The notes: generated by a model not told the origin, from the sequence alone. A stretch of 64,000 nt of DNA from Thermoplasmatales archaeon SW_10_69_26 (GCA_003009755.1 PXUB01000043.1:16646-80645); one strand, 5' to 3'; counted from the first letter of the stretch, positions 16,146 to 26,438 are shown. Numbers and translations are program-made.

Positions 16146-16799
16146 TCGTCGGCCTCGGCGAAGGGGGATGGGGGGTGTCGGTCTGCATCGAGGTACCGCA
16201 AGGGCGGGGTTCTGTAGCTGTCTCAGCCAGACGGAGTCTATTTGATCTTCAAGGCCTCTACGGCTATATCCGGCCCCTTCATCGCTTCAGCCGTCACGAT
16301 CGCTTCGAGCGACAAAAGTCCGTGGTGGAGGGCCTTGTTGTCGCTAGTTCCTCTCCCAACTGAGACACGTTTAGAACCTCGCCCCAGGGGTACCTCTGCT
16401 TCGAGCTCCTTGCCAGCGGCGAACCTGACGCCGGGCCCTTCGGCCGGCGCCTGAAGGGGCGCTTGCCTCGGTCCGCCCCCTCGGTCGTCGATGTTCGTCG
16501 CAGCGCTATCTCGCCTGACGGGTTCCGGCGTGGCGTCGCTCTCGACGATCGAGGACCCTTAGCCGTAGTGGGTCCCGGCCGGCAGGGTCACCTGGACCGA
16601 GTTCGCGGTGTCTTGACGGTTGCTCGTCTCCGATGCGACCTGATGCCCGAAACGTATTTGTATCACATATCGACCGCTGTCTCGTAGACGATGATTGCTG
16701 CGGGGAGACCCGCGGTGATCTTCTTTCGCCGACCGTCATCAACCAGCTCAGATCATCGCTCGCGCGAGCGTTAGCCTGATCTTCCTGCGCCCCGAGGCC

Positions 16800-18095
16800 C
16801 TAGCGGCCGGCGACGCGCGGACCCTCGGCTTGCGCGTCGTCGAGCACCTCGGCGATCTCGGCCTCGGCGTGGGCCGGCGTTCCCCCAGTCACGCGAGCCT
16901 CGACGCGGGTCCCGATGGGGAGCTGTTCGGGCAACACCACCGGATCGTAGGCGCCGGTCCGGGCCTGCGAGGTCCCCTCGACCACGTGCTCGACGACGGT
17001 GGCCTCCACCGTCTGACCCGCCAGGCGGCTGCGGTGGGCCCTCTGCAGGCGGTCGCGGACCTCGCTCAGTTCGCGCGATCGATCCTTCACGAGCCCGCCG
17101 TCCAGCTGGTCGAGCTCGGCGGCCGGCGTGCCGGGCCGCGGGCTGAACCTCGTGACGTTCACGTGACCGGGCCAGGTCCCTTCGAGCAGATCCACGGTGG
17201 CTCGATGGTCGGCCTCGGTCTCGGTCGGGTACCCCACGATCACGTCGGTCGCGATCGTGACCTCGCCGAGCACCTCGCGCGCCCGCTCGCACACGTGCTC
17301 GAAGTCCTCGACCGAGTGCTCGCGGTCCATCGCGTCCAGCACGTCGTCCGAGCCGGACTGCACCGGGACGTGCAGGAAGTTGTACACGTTGGGGTGGTCC
17401 ATCGCCTCGAGCAGGTCGTCGAGGAACGGGATGCCGAGGAACGGATTCAGCATGCCGATCCGGATGCGGGCCCGGTCGGGCACCTCGCGCACGGCCTCGA
17501 CGAGATCGGCCAGGTTGTGGCCGCGGTCCTGCCCGTAGGCGCCGGTGTCCATGCTCGTCAGCCGGATCTCGGTGGCGCCCCGGTCGACGGCGTCCTGGAC
17601 CGCGTCCTGGATCGACTCGATCGGGTAGGAGCGCAGGCCGGGCCGGGCGAGCTTCGTGATGCAGAACGTGCAGTTGCCCAGACATCCGTCGTTGATGACG
17701 ATCGTGGCGATGCCGTCCTCCAGCGTGCGCGGCAGGCCCGCCTTGTCGACGGGCGCGGGCGTGAACCGCCCCTCCTCGAGCAGCGGAACGAGCTGGTCGA
17801 GGTTCGAGGGCGGCAGCACGAGCGCGTGCGGGGCGATCTCGTGCACCTTGCCGGGTTGGGCGCTGGCCATGCAGCCGGACACGACGAGCGTGTCCACCTG
17901 CTCGTCCAAGGCTTGGATGCGTTCGACCATGCGGCGCTGGGTCTTGTCCACGACGGTGCAGGTGACGAGCACGGCTGCGTCGGCCCGAGCCGGCTCCTCG
18001 ACGAGCTCGTGACCGGCCCGACGGGCCAGAGCCTCCATCGTGGAGCCCTCGGCCTGCGTCGTCGCGCAGCCGTACACCTCGACGTGGACGCGCAC
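16800..18095 (-). CDS. mtaB: tRNA t6A37 methylthiotransferase (MiaB-like, archaeal MtaB/CDKAL1 type)
   Basis: UPF0004 'YGC..TCTV..SGCM', radical SAM 'GCLGNCTFC', 'HVPVQSGSD', 'DVIVGYPTET', TRAM domain. Confidence 0.9.
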   Translation of the reverse strand: MRVHVEVYGCATTQAEGSTMEALARRAGHELVEEPARADAAVLVTCTVVDKTQRRMVERIQALDEQVDTLVVSGCMASAQPGKVHEIAPHALVLPPSNLDQLVPLLEEGRFTPAPVDKAGLPRTLEDGIATIVINDGCLGNCTFCITKLARPGLRSYPIESIQDAVQDAVDRGATEIRLTSMDTGAYGQDRGHNLADLVEAVREVPDRARIRIGMLNPFLGIPFLDDLLEAMDHPNVYNFLHVPVQSGSDDVLDAMDREHSVEDFEHVCERAREVLGEVTIATDVIVGYPTETEADHRATVDLLEGTWPGHVNVTRFSPRPGTPAAELDQLDGGLVKDRSRELSEVRDRLQRAHRSRLAGQTVEATVVEHVVEGTSQARTGAYDPVVLPEQLPIGTRVEARVTGGTPAHAEAEIAEVLDDAQAEGPRVAGR

Positions 18096-18279
18096 GCCTC
18101 CTCCAGCCCGGTCGCCGGCTTGAACCCTTGGCCTTGCAACGTCGGTTGGGCGAACCGTTTAACCGTCCTCCAGCGTATCCCGCGAGTGGGAGGACCACCG
18201 TGGGAGGAAACCTGCCCCGACCCGAGGCCGCCCGACGATCGATGCAGCAAGCCATCCACCGCCCGCCGGAGGTTCGGCG

Positions 18280-20541
18280 ATGAAGACCCGCAGCCTCGTC
18301 GTCGGGTTGGCCCTCGTGACGGCCGGGTTCACGCTGGCCGCCAACGGTGTGCAGGCCGCCGATGGCACCGGCTGCCTGACCCCGCTCGACATCAGCTTCG
18401 TGCTCGACCGGTCCGGCAGCATGTCCGGCGACCCGATCGAGACGGCCCGCGATGGCGCAAGCGAGCTCGCTCGCAGCCTGTCCGACGTCGAGCAGTCCGG
18501 GCTCGTCTCCTACTCGTCCTCCGCCACGCTCGACCAACCGCTGGGCTTCGACCACGAGGCCACCGCGACGGCGATCGAGAGCCTCACCGCCGGCGGCGGC
18601 ACGGCCACGGGCGACGCCATCGACCTCGCCCACGACGACATCCAGACCAACGCCCGCGCTGGCGTCGACGACGTGATGATCCTCCTGACGGACGGCATCA
18701 CGAACGAGGGCAGCGACCCGGTCGTCCAAGCCCAGGCGGCCAAGGACGACGGCGTCGAGATCTACGCCATCGGGCTCGGCTCGGGCATCAACACCCAGGA
18801 CCTGCAGCAGATCGCCTCCGACCCGACCGAGGAGCACTTCTTCCACCCCACGTCCACGGAGGAGCTGTTGGAGGTCTTCCAGACGTTGACCCAACGCCTG
18901 GGCCAAGCTGCGACGGGCGAGGCTCACGCCCTCCGCGGCCAGGGCTCGGCTGACAGCGGCGACCGCGTCATCGTGGACCCGGTCTCCCAGGCGAAAAGCC
19001 CGCCCGACGAGACGCGCTCGAGGGCCCAGACCGTCGTCCCCGCTGGCCCCTACACCGTCGAGATGAACCTCGTCGAGGACGCCAGCCAGGCCGATACGAG
19101 CAACGAGCGGACCAGCGCGACCTCGACGGCGCGCATCTCGTCCCTCGAGATCCGCAACGAGACGACCACGCTCGTCGCCGCCGACACGCTGCAAGCCCGT
19201 GCCCACAGCCAAGCGACGCCGGCCGGCGCCCAGACCAGCGACGACGGCACACGGCTGGCCGGGCTCGAGATTCTCGGCGAGACCGTCGAGGCGACCGTCC
19301 CCCCGAACACCGTCGTCCCCATCAGCGAGGACACCCAGATCGTCCTCAACGAGCAGATCACCGACGAGGCCGAGGACTACGCCTCCCTGCGCGTCAACCT
19401 CGTCCACCTCACCACCGAGCTGCCGGACGGCGGCTCGCTGGAGCTGGTCGTCTCCTCGGCCTACGCGGCCGCCGAGTGCGATTCGCCCCGCGCGGTCACC
19501 AGCCTCGCCGATGCCGCGGACCCGCCGATCCGCTACGAGGGCCCCGACGAGGAGACCACCTACGAGGAGGCCACCGTCAACCGCGGCGGGTGCGCCAGCA
19601 ACACCGTCGCCGTCAGCGGCAGCGGCTGCGCCGCCGGCGCGGCCGCCCTCTCGGCCTTCGGCCCCGCCGACTCCCCGCTGGGCGTGGCCGTCAGCGGCAC
19701 GGACGAGAGCCAGGCCAACACGGGCGCCGCCGTCTCCGGCTTCGGTCCCTCGAACGCCGGCGTCGGCGTCGCGATCAGCGGCACCGACTCGGCCACGGCG
19801 CCGGTCGGGGCTGCCGTCTCGGGCACCGGGCCTGCCGAGGGAGCCGCCGCCGCGTCCGGCACCGGTGACGCCGTCGGCGTGGCTGCCGTGTCCGGCACCG
19901 GCGACACGACCGGGCTCGTCCTGTTCAGCCTCACCGGCGAGTGCAACGAGATGGCCTGCTACGACGTGCAGCCGACCAACGACGCCCACGCCTGGACGCT
20001 GGCCCTCGCGGGCGACGGTTCCGCGCGGACCCACGTCGGCGCCTCCGTCGCCGGCACCGGCACCGCCTCCAACGAGATCGCGGGCGCGGCCGTCTCCGGC
20101 ACCGGGCCCGCCACGTCTCCGATCGGGGCCGCCGTCTCCGGGACGGGACCGGCCGAGGCCGGGCTCGGGGCTGCCGCCAGCGGGACGAACGACGCCTCCG
20201 GCGTCGCCGCCGTCTCCGGCACCGGGGACACCGAGGGCCTGGTCCTGTTCAGCGCCACCGGCGACTGCAGCGACCGGGACTGCTACGAGATCAACCCGAC
20301 CGGCGAGGCCGACGCCTGGACGATGGCCGTCTCCGCCACCGACCCCTCGACGGCCGCCGTCGGCGTCGCCGTGACCGGCACCGACGACGCCCGTACCGAC
20401 ACCGGGGTCGCCGCCTCCGGCACCGATAGCGCCTACGCCGGCACCGGCGTCGGTGTCAGCGGCTGCACCGGCGTCCAGTTCGACCTGATCTTGATCGGCG
20501 GATCCCAGCCCTCGCCGGTGCCCGTGTGCGCCATCCCGTGA
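18280..20541 (+). CDS. Secreted VWA-domain protein with Gly/Ala/Ser/Thr-rich repeat tail
   Basis: Signal peptide, MIDAS 'DRSGSM', 'GGGTATGDAI', 'LLTDG'; many (A/V)AVSGTG-like repeats in the C-terminal third. Confidence 0.85.
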   Translation: MKTRSLVVGLALVTAGFTLAANGVQAADGTGCLTPLDISFVLDRSGSMSGDPIETARDGASELARSLSDVEQSGLVSYSSSATLDQPLGFDHEATATAIESLTAGGGTATGDAIDLAHDDIQTNARAGVDDVMILLTDGITNEGSDPVVQAQAAKDDGVEIYAIGLGSGINTQDLQQIASDPTEEHFFHPTSTEELLEVFQTLTQRLGQAATGEAHALRGQGSADSGDRVIVDPVSQAKSPPDETRSRAQTVVPAGPYTVEMNLVEDASQADTSNERTSATSTARISSLEIRNETTTLVAADTLQARAHSQATPAGAQTSDDGTRLAGLEILGETVEATVPPNTVVPISEDTQIVLNEQITDEAEDYASLRVNLVHLTTELPDGGSLELVVSSAYAAAECDSPRAVTSLADAADPPIRYEGPDEETTYEEATVNRGGCASNTVAVSGSGCAAGAAALSAFGPADSPLGVAVSGTDESQANTGAAVSGFGPSNAGVGVAISGTDSATAPVGAAVSGTGPAEGAAAASGTGDAVGVAAVSGTGDTTGLVLFSLTGECNEMACYDVQPTNDAHAWTLALAGDGSARTHVGASVAGTGTASNEIAGAAVSGTGPATSPIGAAVSGTGPAEAGLGAAASGTNDASGVAAVSGTGDTEGLVLFSATGDCSDRDCYEINPTGEADAWTMAVSATDPSTAAVGVAVTGTDDARTDTGVAASGTDSAYAGTGVGVSGCTGVQFDLILIGGSQPSPVPVCAIP

Positions 20542-20588
20542 TGTCGGACCCGCAACCTTGATGCCGGCGGGCCCGCCAACGGCCTCCC

Positions 20589-21635
20589 GTGGACGCCCAG
20601 GCCTGGCTCGAGGACAACGCCCGGTTCCCCGTCCCCGACGGCGAGTTCGCCTGCCGGGAAGGCTGCGGCTTCTGCTGCACCTACCCGCCCAAGGTCGACG
20701 ACGATCGCCTGGCCGCGATCGAGGCGGCCCGCGGCGACACGCCGACCGGGACCGACGCCCACGGCAACACGCGCCTCGCACTGCAAGGCGGATGCGGGGG
20801 CTGCGTCCTCCTCCAGGATCGCCGATGCCAAGCCCACGAGAACCGCCCCGACCACTGCCGGTTCTTCCCCTTCCACATCTACTTCGGTCGCGAGGTGGTC
20901 GTCGTCGCCGACCGCGTGTGCCCGGGCATCGCTCCCGACGACGCCGACCGAGGCCCCCACGAGCCCGCCTCGCGGTACCCCGCCTGGGAGCAACCGCGCG
21001 AGATCGAGGCCGCCGGCAGGGACGTGCTCACCGCCGCCGACCCCGAGGAGCTCGAGGGCCGAGCCCGCCAGGCTCGCGAAGCCCACGAGGCCGTCGAGGC
21101 GCAGGCCCGCTGGGCCGACGACTGGCGCGAGCCGGCCCACGCGGTCGAGGACCACCTCGAGACCGCCGAGGCCACCCCCCGCGCCTGGCAGCTGGCGACC
21201 GAGGCCTTCCAGGCCCGCGAGCTGGCTCACCTGCCCACGACCGTGATCCCGGGCAAGCAGGGCTTCGAGTGGCGGGCTTGGCGCATCGCCGAGGAGCGGC
21301 TGCACCGCCTACGTTTCGACGAGGCCGGTCGCACGAAGCTCGTCGGCACCGCGCCTGTGCCCGAGGCGCCCGAGGACGACCTCGCGCCGGTCGTGGCCGA
21401 GACGCTGGCGGCGCTGGCCGAGCTGGAACCGTTCGTCGGCGCCTGCATGCACCACGTCGAGCAGGGCCGCTCGATGGACGAGGCGGTCCAACGGCGACTG
21501 GCCGACGTCGCCGCCGGGCTCAGCCTGCACGCCGACCTGCTCCGGGCCGAAGATCTGCCCGTCACGACGGCCTGGCTGCGCTCCGTCTACGAGCCGGAGT
21601 TCTTCACGCTCGAGACCCTGGGCGAGTGGCTCTAG
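20589..21635 (+). CDS. YkgJ-family (CxxxCxxCC) cysteine-cluster protein
   Basis: 'FACREGCGFCC', 'GCVLLQDRRCQAHENRPDHCRFFPF', 'CPG'. Confidence 0.85.
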   Translation: MDAQAWLEDNARFPVPDGEFACREGCGFCCTYPPKVDDDRLAAIEAARGDTPTGTDAHGNTRLALQGGCGGCVLLQDRRCQAHENRPDHCRFFPFHIYFGREVVVVADRVCPGIAPDDADRGPHEPASRYPAWEQPREIEAAGRDVLTAADPEELEGRARQAREAHEAVEAQARWADDWREPAHAVEDHLETAEATPRAWQLATEAFQARELAHLPTTVIPGKQGFEWRAWRIAEERLHRLRFDEAGRTKLVGTAPVPEAPEDDLAPVVAETLAALAELEPFVGACMHHVEQGRSMDEAVQRRLADVAAGLSLHADLLRAEDLPVTTAWLRSVYEPEFFTLETLGEWL

Positions 21636-22066
21636 GCTCGGGCGGCCTGCAGCTCGGCGCGCACGGACTGCGCGAGGCCCGCCTCGTCGACCTCGACCTC
21701 GCCTTGCGCTTGGAACAGCGCGTGGATCGGACCGTGGCGGTCGCTGTCCCATCGTGGCACGATGTGCAGGTGGGCGTGGGGAACCTCCTGGCCGGCGGCC
21801 GAGCCCTCGTTCCACGCCATCGTGGCCCCGTCGGCGCCCACCGCCTCCTGCACGGCGCCGGCGATCTCGGGCACCGGCCGGAAGTAGCGGCCCGCCAGAT
21901 CGGGGTCCAGATCCGAGACGCGCTCGACGTGCTCGCGCGGGACGACGAGCGTGTGGCCCTCCGCGAGCGGGTTCGCGTCGAGGAAGGCGACCACGTCCTC
22001 GTCCTCGTAGACCCGCTCGGCCGGGATCTCGCCCTCGATGATCTTGCAGAAGATGCACTCCGACAT
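21632..22066 (-). CDS. HIT family hydrolase
   Basis: 'CIFCKII', 'GHTLVVP', 'GQEVPHAHLHIVPR'. Confidence 0.93.
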   Translation of the reverse strand: MSECIFCKIIEGEIPAERVYEDEDVVAFLDANPLAEGHTLVVPREHVERVSDLDPDLAGRYFRPVPEIAGAVQEAVGADGATMAWNEGSAAGQEVPHAHLHIVPRWDSDRHGPIHALFQAQGEVEVDEAGLAQSVRAELQAARA

Positions 22067-22125
22067 GGTCGCGTGGCCAACAACTGCCCCCCAACCTATA
22101 AGCCGTCGGTGGACCACCGTCGACC

Positions 22126-23007
22126 GTGGCCCGAGGCTGGCTTCCCGCGGCCTCCACCCTGGCGGTGCGAGGTCTGCTCGTCCTGGCCGGCGCCCTCGTC
22201 GTCGCCACCGGCGCCTACGCCGTCTTCCACCTGGCGCCCGCCAGCCTCGACCCCGAACCGGGCCAGACGCAGGCGGTCACCGAACGCGTCGCGTACTGGA
22301 CCCCCGAGGACGGCCACCAGCAGATCCTGCGCCCCCGCACCGATCACGTCCGCCAGGACGCGGATGGGCTCGAGCTCGTCCGTCGGTTGCAGGGGACCCA
22401 TTCCCCACGCGGCGGCCAGTTCCAGGTCGATCTCGGCGACCGCTGGCGGCTGGCCGAGGAACCGGCCGCTTACGCCGCGTTCCCGCCCACACCGGTCTGG
22501 GAGGAACCGCCGGAGACCGTGCACGTCGGCGTCCCCTGGCAGACCGAGGACGGCAAGCGGATCGGCGGCTTCGACGACTTCCAGCGGCTGCACGAGACCG
22601 AACGCGACGGGCTCGCCCTCGTCAAGTACGAGGCTCGCGAACCCAGCCAGTTCCTCGTCGACGGCGACCAGGTCTGGTTCCGCACCGCCGTGCGGACGGC
22701 CCTCGTCGAGCCCGTCACCGGGACCGTCGTCGACTACCACGACGAGGAGACCCTGTGGACGGCGCCGCTCGAGGGGCCCGACATCGTGCACGAGATCCAG
22801 CCTCCGCGCGAGAACCGTGAGAAGGTCTGGGAGGCGACCGTGGAGCCGACGCCCGCCTCCCAGCAGCAGCGCGTCGAGCAGGCCGAGCAAACGCGCGAGG
22901 ACCACCTCGAGCACGTGCTCGCGCTCGCGGTGCCCGCGCTCCTGGCAGGCGAGCTGTTGATGGGTGCAGGCATCACCGGCCGGCCCAAGCGTTGGCTGAG
23001 CCGGTGA
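22126..23007 (+). CDS. Membrane-anchored hypothetical protein (DUF3068/PorA-like)
   Basis: N- and C-terminal TM segments; 'VEPVTGTVVD' motif; start uncertain. Confidence 0.55.
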   Translation: MARGWLPAASTLAVRGLLVLAGALVVATGAYAVFHLAPASLDPEPGQTQAVTERVAYWTPEDGHQQILRPRTDHVRQDADGLELVRRLQGTHSPRGGQFQVDLGDRWRLAEEPAAYAAFPPTPVWEEPPETVHVGVPWQTEDGKRIGGFDDFQRLHETERDGLALVKYEAREPSQFLVDGDQVWFRTAVRTALVEPVTGTVVDYHDEETLWTAPLEGPDIVHEIQPPRENREKVWEATVEPTPASQQQRVEQAEQTREDHLEHVLALAVPALLAGELLMGAGITGRPKRWLSR

Positions 23008-23174
23008 GGACACCGACGATCGTCCCCCGCCACCAGGTCGGCCCTTGGCCGAGATAGGCTCTATGACGGAGAGGAAGCCTTGCACCGAGTTGTCCCTCAT
23101 CCGCTTTCTATGGGGGCCGGTGAGCCAGGGTTCGGGGAGAAACCATGCGCGATGGAACAACCACGGCAACGAAG

Positions 23175-24278
23175 ATGCAAGCCCTGGTGGTCGGGCTGAT
23201 CACAATGTTCGGGCTGGCCCCGATCGCCAGTGCGGGCGCGAGCACCGCCGACGACGCCGCCGTCTCGCAGGGCGCGGACGAACCGGCCGAGGTAGGCGCC
23301 CAGCCGATGGACGGCGACGGCGAGGAACGCGAGAACGTGACGATCCGCGTGATGAAGCACGTCTGCACGCCGTCCGTGCAGAACATCGACGACTTCGAGA
23401 GCGTCGACCCGAACGGCGACGGTCAGACGACGTTCGCCGACAAGGTCCTGGCCTGTCCGACCGTCGTGCAGCCGGGCGACGAGTACGTCGACGGCGCCGT
23501 CTCGTTCGACGACAAGCACGAGATGCAGTTCGAGATCGAGGACGAGAACGGTGACGTGCACACGATCGAGGACGCGACCTTCCAGCAGCAGCAGGTCTGT
23601 GAGAGCGAGGACGCCAGCGAGGACGAGGACGCCGCCACCGCCGCCCTCGGCGCCGACGTGAGCGGTGACGGCGACCAAGACGACTGCCTGGACACCTCGC
23701 TGTACGTCTACGAAGGCGTCGCCGACGGGGAGGTCACCGTGACCGAGACCCAGACCCCCGGCCTGACCGAGCCGGGCGCCCTGGAGTTCACGCCCCAGGC
23801 GCTGAACCCGAACAACGACGCCGACACGCTGCTCGAGGAGGAGAACGAGGTCTTCGCCGACGACAACATGGTCGAGCTGCGGACGACGGAGGACGACAAC
23901 GGGGCCATCACCCTGCACCTCTACAACTTCGCCGTCTGCCCGACCGTGACCGCCACCGCCAACGATGGCCCGACCAACCGCCTGTCGTGGAGCGCCGTCG
24001 ACGAGGCGGACAGCTACCACGTCTATCGGGCCACCGCGGACGGTGAGATGGAGCAGATCGCCACCGTCGACGGTAACACCACGACCTTCGACGACGGCGA
24101 CGTCGAGGAGGACGTGACGTACCGCTACCAGGTCACCGCGATGGTGGACGGCGAGGAGACCGAGGCCTGCAACACGGCCGAGGTCACCGCGATCCCGGTG
24201 TTCTCCAGCGGCGCCGCCGTCGCGTCCGCTGCCGTGCTCGGGATCGGCGTCTACGCGGCCACGCGCCGCACGAGCTGA
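23175..24278 (+). CDS. Secreted acidic protein with FN3 domain and C-terminal IPVF-TM-basic sorting signal
   Basis: Signal peptide; FN3 'LSWSAVDEADSYHVYR..TTFDD..TYRYQVTA'; ends 'AIPVFSSGAAVASAAVLGIGVYAATRRTS'. Confidence 0.8.
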   Translation: MQALVVGLITMFGLAPIASAGASTADDAAVSQGADEPAEVGAQPMDGDGEERENVTIRVMKHVCTPSVQNIDDFESVDPNGDGQTTFADKVLACPTVVQPGDEYVDGAVSFDDKHEMQFEIEDENGDVHTIEDATFQQQQVCESEDASEDEDAATAALGADVSGDGDQDDCLDTSLYVYEGVADGEVTVTETQTPGLTEPGALEFTPQALNPNNDADTLLEEENEVFADDNMVELRTTEDDNGAITLHLYNFAVCPTVTATANDGPTNRLSWSAVDEADSYHVYRATADGEMEQIATVDGNTTTFDDGDVEEDVTYRYQVTAMVDGEETEACNTAEVTAIPVFSSGAAVASAAVLGIGVYAATRRTS

Positions 24279-24367
24279 CCGGCGCCGCTCGGCCCGCCTA
24301 GGGGCCTCCGCACCGCTGCGGGGGCCTCCTTGCTTCTTCCTTTCTCCAGCCTCCCACGGCTGTCTCG

Positions 24368-24667
24368 CTATCGCAGCTGGAACCCCTCGTCACGCAAGAT
24401 GTCCGGGACCCGGTCCGTGTGATCGCCCTGGAGCTCGATCGTGCCGTCCTCGACCGTGCCTCCGGTCGCCAGTTGCTTCTTCAACCGCGAGGCGAGATCG
24501 TCGAGATCGATCACGTCTGTCGAGAAACCGTCCACGATCGTGACGGCTTTCCCGTACCGGCGGGACTCGGTCCGGACGTTCAACTGCTGAGCTTCCTTGT
24601 CGAGCTCCTCGTCGATGCCGAGCTCTTCGGGAAGGCCTGCGATGCTGGCAAGGTCGTCGTCTGCCAC
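24368..24667 (-). CDS. yciH: Translation initiation factor 1 (aIF1/SUI1/YciH)
   Basis: 'RRYGKAVTIVDG', 'LASRLKKQLATGGTV', 'IELQGDH'. Confidence 0.9.
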   Translation of the reverse strand: MADDDLASIAGLPEELGIDEELDKEAQQLNVRTESRRYGKAVTIVDGFSTDVIDLDDLASRLKKQLATGGTVEDGTIELQGDHTDRVPDILRDEGFQLR

Positions 24668-25060
24668 GTGAGGTTGTGGCGTACCCCTCACACATGTAGC
24701 TTTCGCCGGGCCCCCGAGCCGGACCTCACGACCCGGCGACGACCTGGACCCCGATCCCGTTGCCGGAACGCCAGGTGGTAGAGCCCGATCGTCGGCCGGG
24801 GGCGCTCGGGAGCCTGCGGGGCGTGCTCAAGCACCAGCTCGAAACCGCCGCCAGCTGGCGCGAGCACGAGCTCGTCGCGTCCCGCGACCGGCTGCAGACC
24901 GAACACGTCCTCGCGGAAGCCCCGCTGGGCGGCCCGATCGGCGACCCGATAGCGGACGGCGCGCAGCGGCGATCGCTCGGCCACGCAGCGTGAAGGCCCT
25001 GGGCCGGGTTCAGCCCTCGCCCGAGCAAGGCCTTTTGCCGGCGGCCGCGTTGCCCGGCTC

Positions 25061-25480
25061 GTGAGCTCCTTCCGCATCGTCGAACACACCGCCGACGTCG
25101 GCCTCGAGGCCGAAGCCGACACGCTCGAGGGGGCTGTCGTCGCGCTCGTCGAGGGCTTCGGCGAGCTCGTCTGTCCCGAGGGTGAGGTCCAGGCGAGGGA
25201 GGAGCGGACCGTGTCGGTCGAGGCGCCCGACCTCGACGACCTCGTCGTCGACTTGCTCGACGAGCTCAACTACGTCCACCAGGTCGACCGCTTCGTGCCC
25301 GCCGGCGGGACGGCGAGGATCGAGAAGACGGCCGAGGGCTACCGCGTCCGGCTGCAGGCGACCGGCGAGGGCTACGACCGCGAGGCCCACGGCCACCTCA
25401 TGGAGATCAAGGCGACCACCTACCACGGCCTCGAGGTCGAGGACGAGCCCGGGCGGATCGCTGTGCTGTTCGACGTGTAG
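25061..25480 (+). CDS. Archease (RtcB cofactor)
   Basis: 'EHTADVG', 'EIKATTYHGL', C-terminal 'VLFDV'. Confidence 0.93.
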   Translation: MSSFRIVEHTADVGLEAEADTLEGAVVALVEGFGELVCPEGEVQAREERTVSVEAPDLDDLVVDLLDELNYVHQVDRFVPAGGTARIEKTAEGYRVRLQATGEGYDREAHGHLMEIKATTYHGLEVEDEPGRIAVLFDV

Positions 25481-25539
25481 AGCATTTTTCTTTCAACGGG
25501 GGCTTGGCGCCTCCCGAGGGGGGACAAAGAAAAATCCTC
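25480..25539. repeat. Palindromic terminator-like element after archease
   Basis: GAGCATTTTTCTTT...AAAGAAAAATCCTC arms around core GGGGGCTTGGCGCCTCCCGA; related to 12237-12294. Confidence 0.6.
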
Positions 25540-25997
25540 GGCAACGATCTGGCCGAAGCGGCGCTTCGGCCGCTCCGGAGACCGTGACATCAACGTCGGT
25601 CGCCGGAAGAAACCCACTCAGGAGCGATGCAGCCCCCAACGGCATTGATCTTGGGCGCTGTTGGACCTTCGCGCAGGGTCATCGCTGCCTGACCCGTCCC
25701 TGTGCGGTCACGATGGTGCCCCGCCGCTGGTCGTCCTCCCTGGGCTCCTCTTCGTTCCCGCTCTTCGGTGTGTTCCTTCCCCACCGCGTCCGTGGAGCTG
25801 ATCGGCCGTCACGCAATACCTTGGGCTGCGAGGTCGAGGGTGCGAAGAAAGTGAGCGGGACGTCCACGCCGGGTCGCCCGTAGCAATCACACTCTACGAG
25901 ACAGCGGCCGGTAGGTCATACAAAAGAGTAACGGGTAGGGGGGGCGAGGTGAGCGCCGGCCCGCCCGCGCGTCGGTACCCACCGACCTAACCTTGCC

Positions 25998-26438
25998 TCA
26001 AGACAGGGGCTCGCTTTGCAGCGTAGCCTCGACCTCGATCTCGAGCTCGTCGAGCGCTCCGGACACCGGGCACTGATCCTCGGCGTCCTCGGCGAAGGTT
26101 CGGAACTCGTCGGCGTCGATGCCGGGCACGCTGCCCCTCGTCGACAGGACCACACGCGTGATCTCGGGGCCCTCGTCCATGTCCAACTCGACCGTTGCGT
26201 CCGTCTCGATCGAGTTCGGCTGGTGGCCCTCCCTCGTCAATAGCTGGGTGAGAGCCATCGAGTAGCAGGCGGCGTGGGCGGCGCCGATCAGCTCCTCCGG
26301 GTTCGTGTTGTTCCCCGTCTCGAACCGGCTGGCCGTGTCGTAGGGCGCATCGAGCACGCCGGACTCCGTGGACACGTTGCCTCCCCCAGTCTCGAGATCG
26401 CCCGTCCATCGAGCCGTACCACGTCGCTTGATCGTCAT
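25998..26438 (-). CDS. osmC: OsmC family peroxiredoxin
   Basis: 'ARWTGDL..G', 'TNPEELIGAAHAACYSMAL', 'CPVS'. Confidence 0.92.
   Translation of the reverse strand: MTIKRRGTARWTGDLETGGGNVSTESGVLDAPYDTASRFETGNNTNPEELIGAAHAACYSMALTQLLTREGHQPNSIETDATVELDMDEGPEITRVVLSTRGSVPGIDADEFRTFAEDAEDQCPVSGALDELEIEVEATLQSEPLS

Noticed and set aside
15114-16363. Overlapping ORFs of up to ~300 aa across the ncRNA locus
   Set aside because: Arg/Pro/Gly-rich, lack the acidic composition and codon bias of real genes here, and have no motifs.
24760-24993. 77-aa ORF between aIF1 and archease
   Set aside because: No motif or other support; cannot be called.
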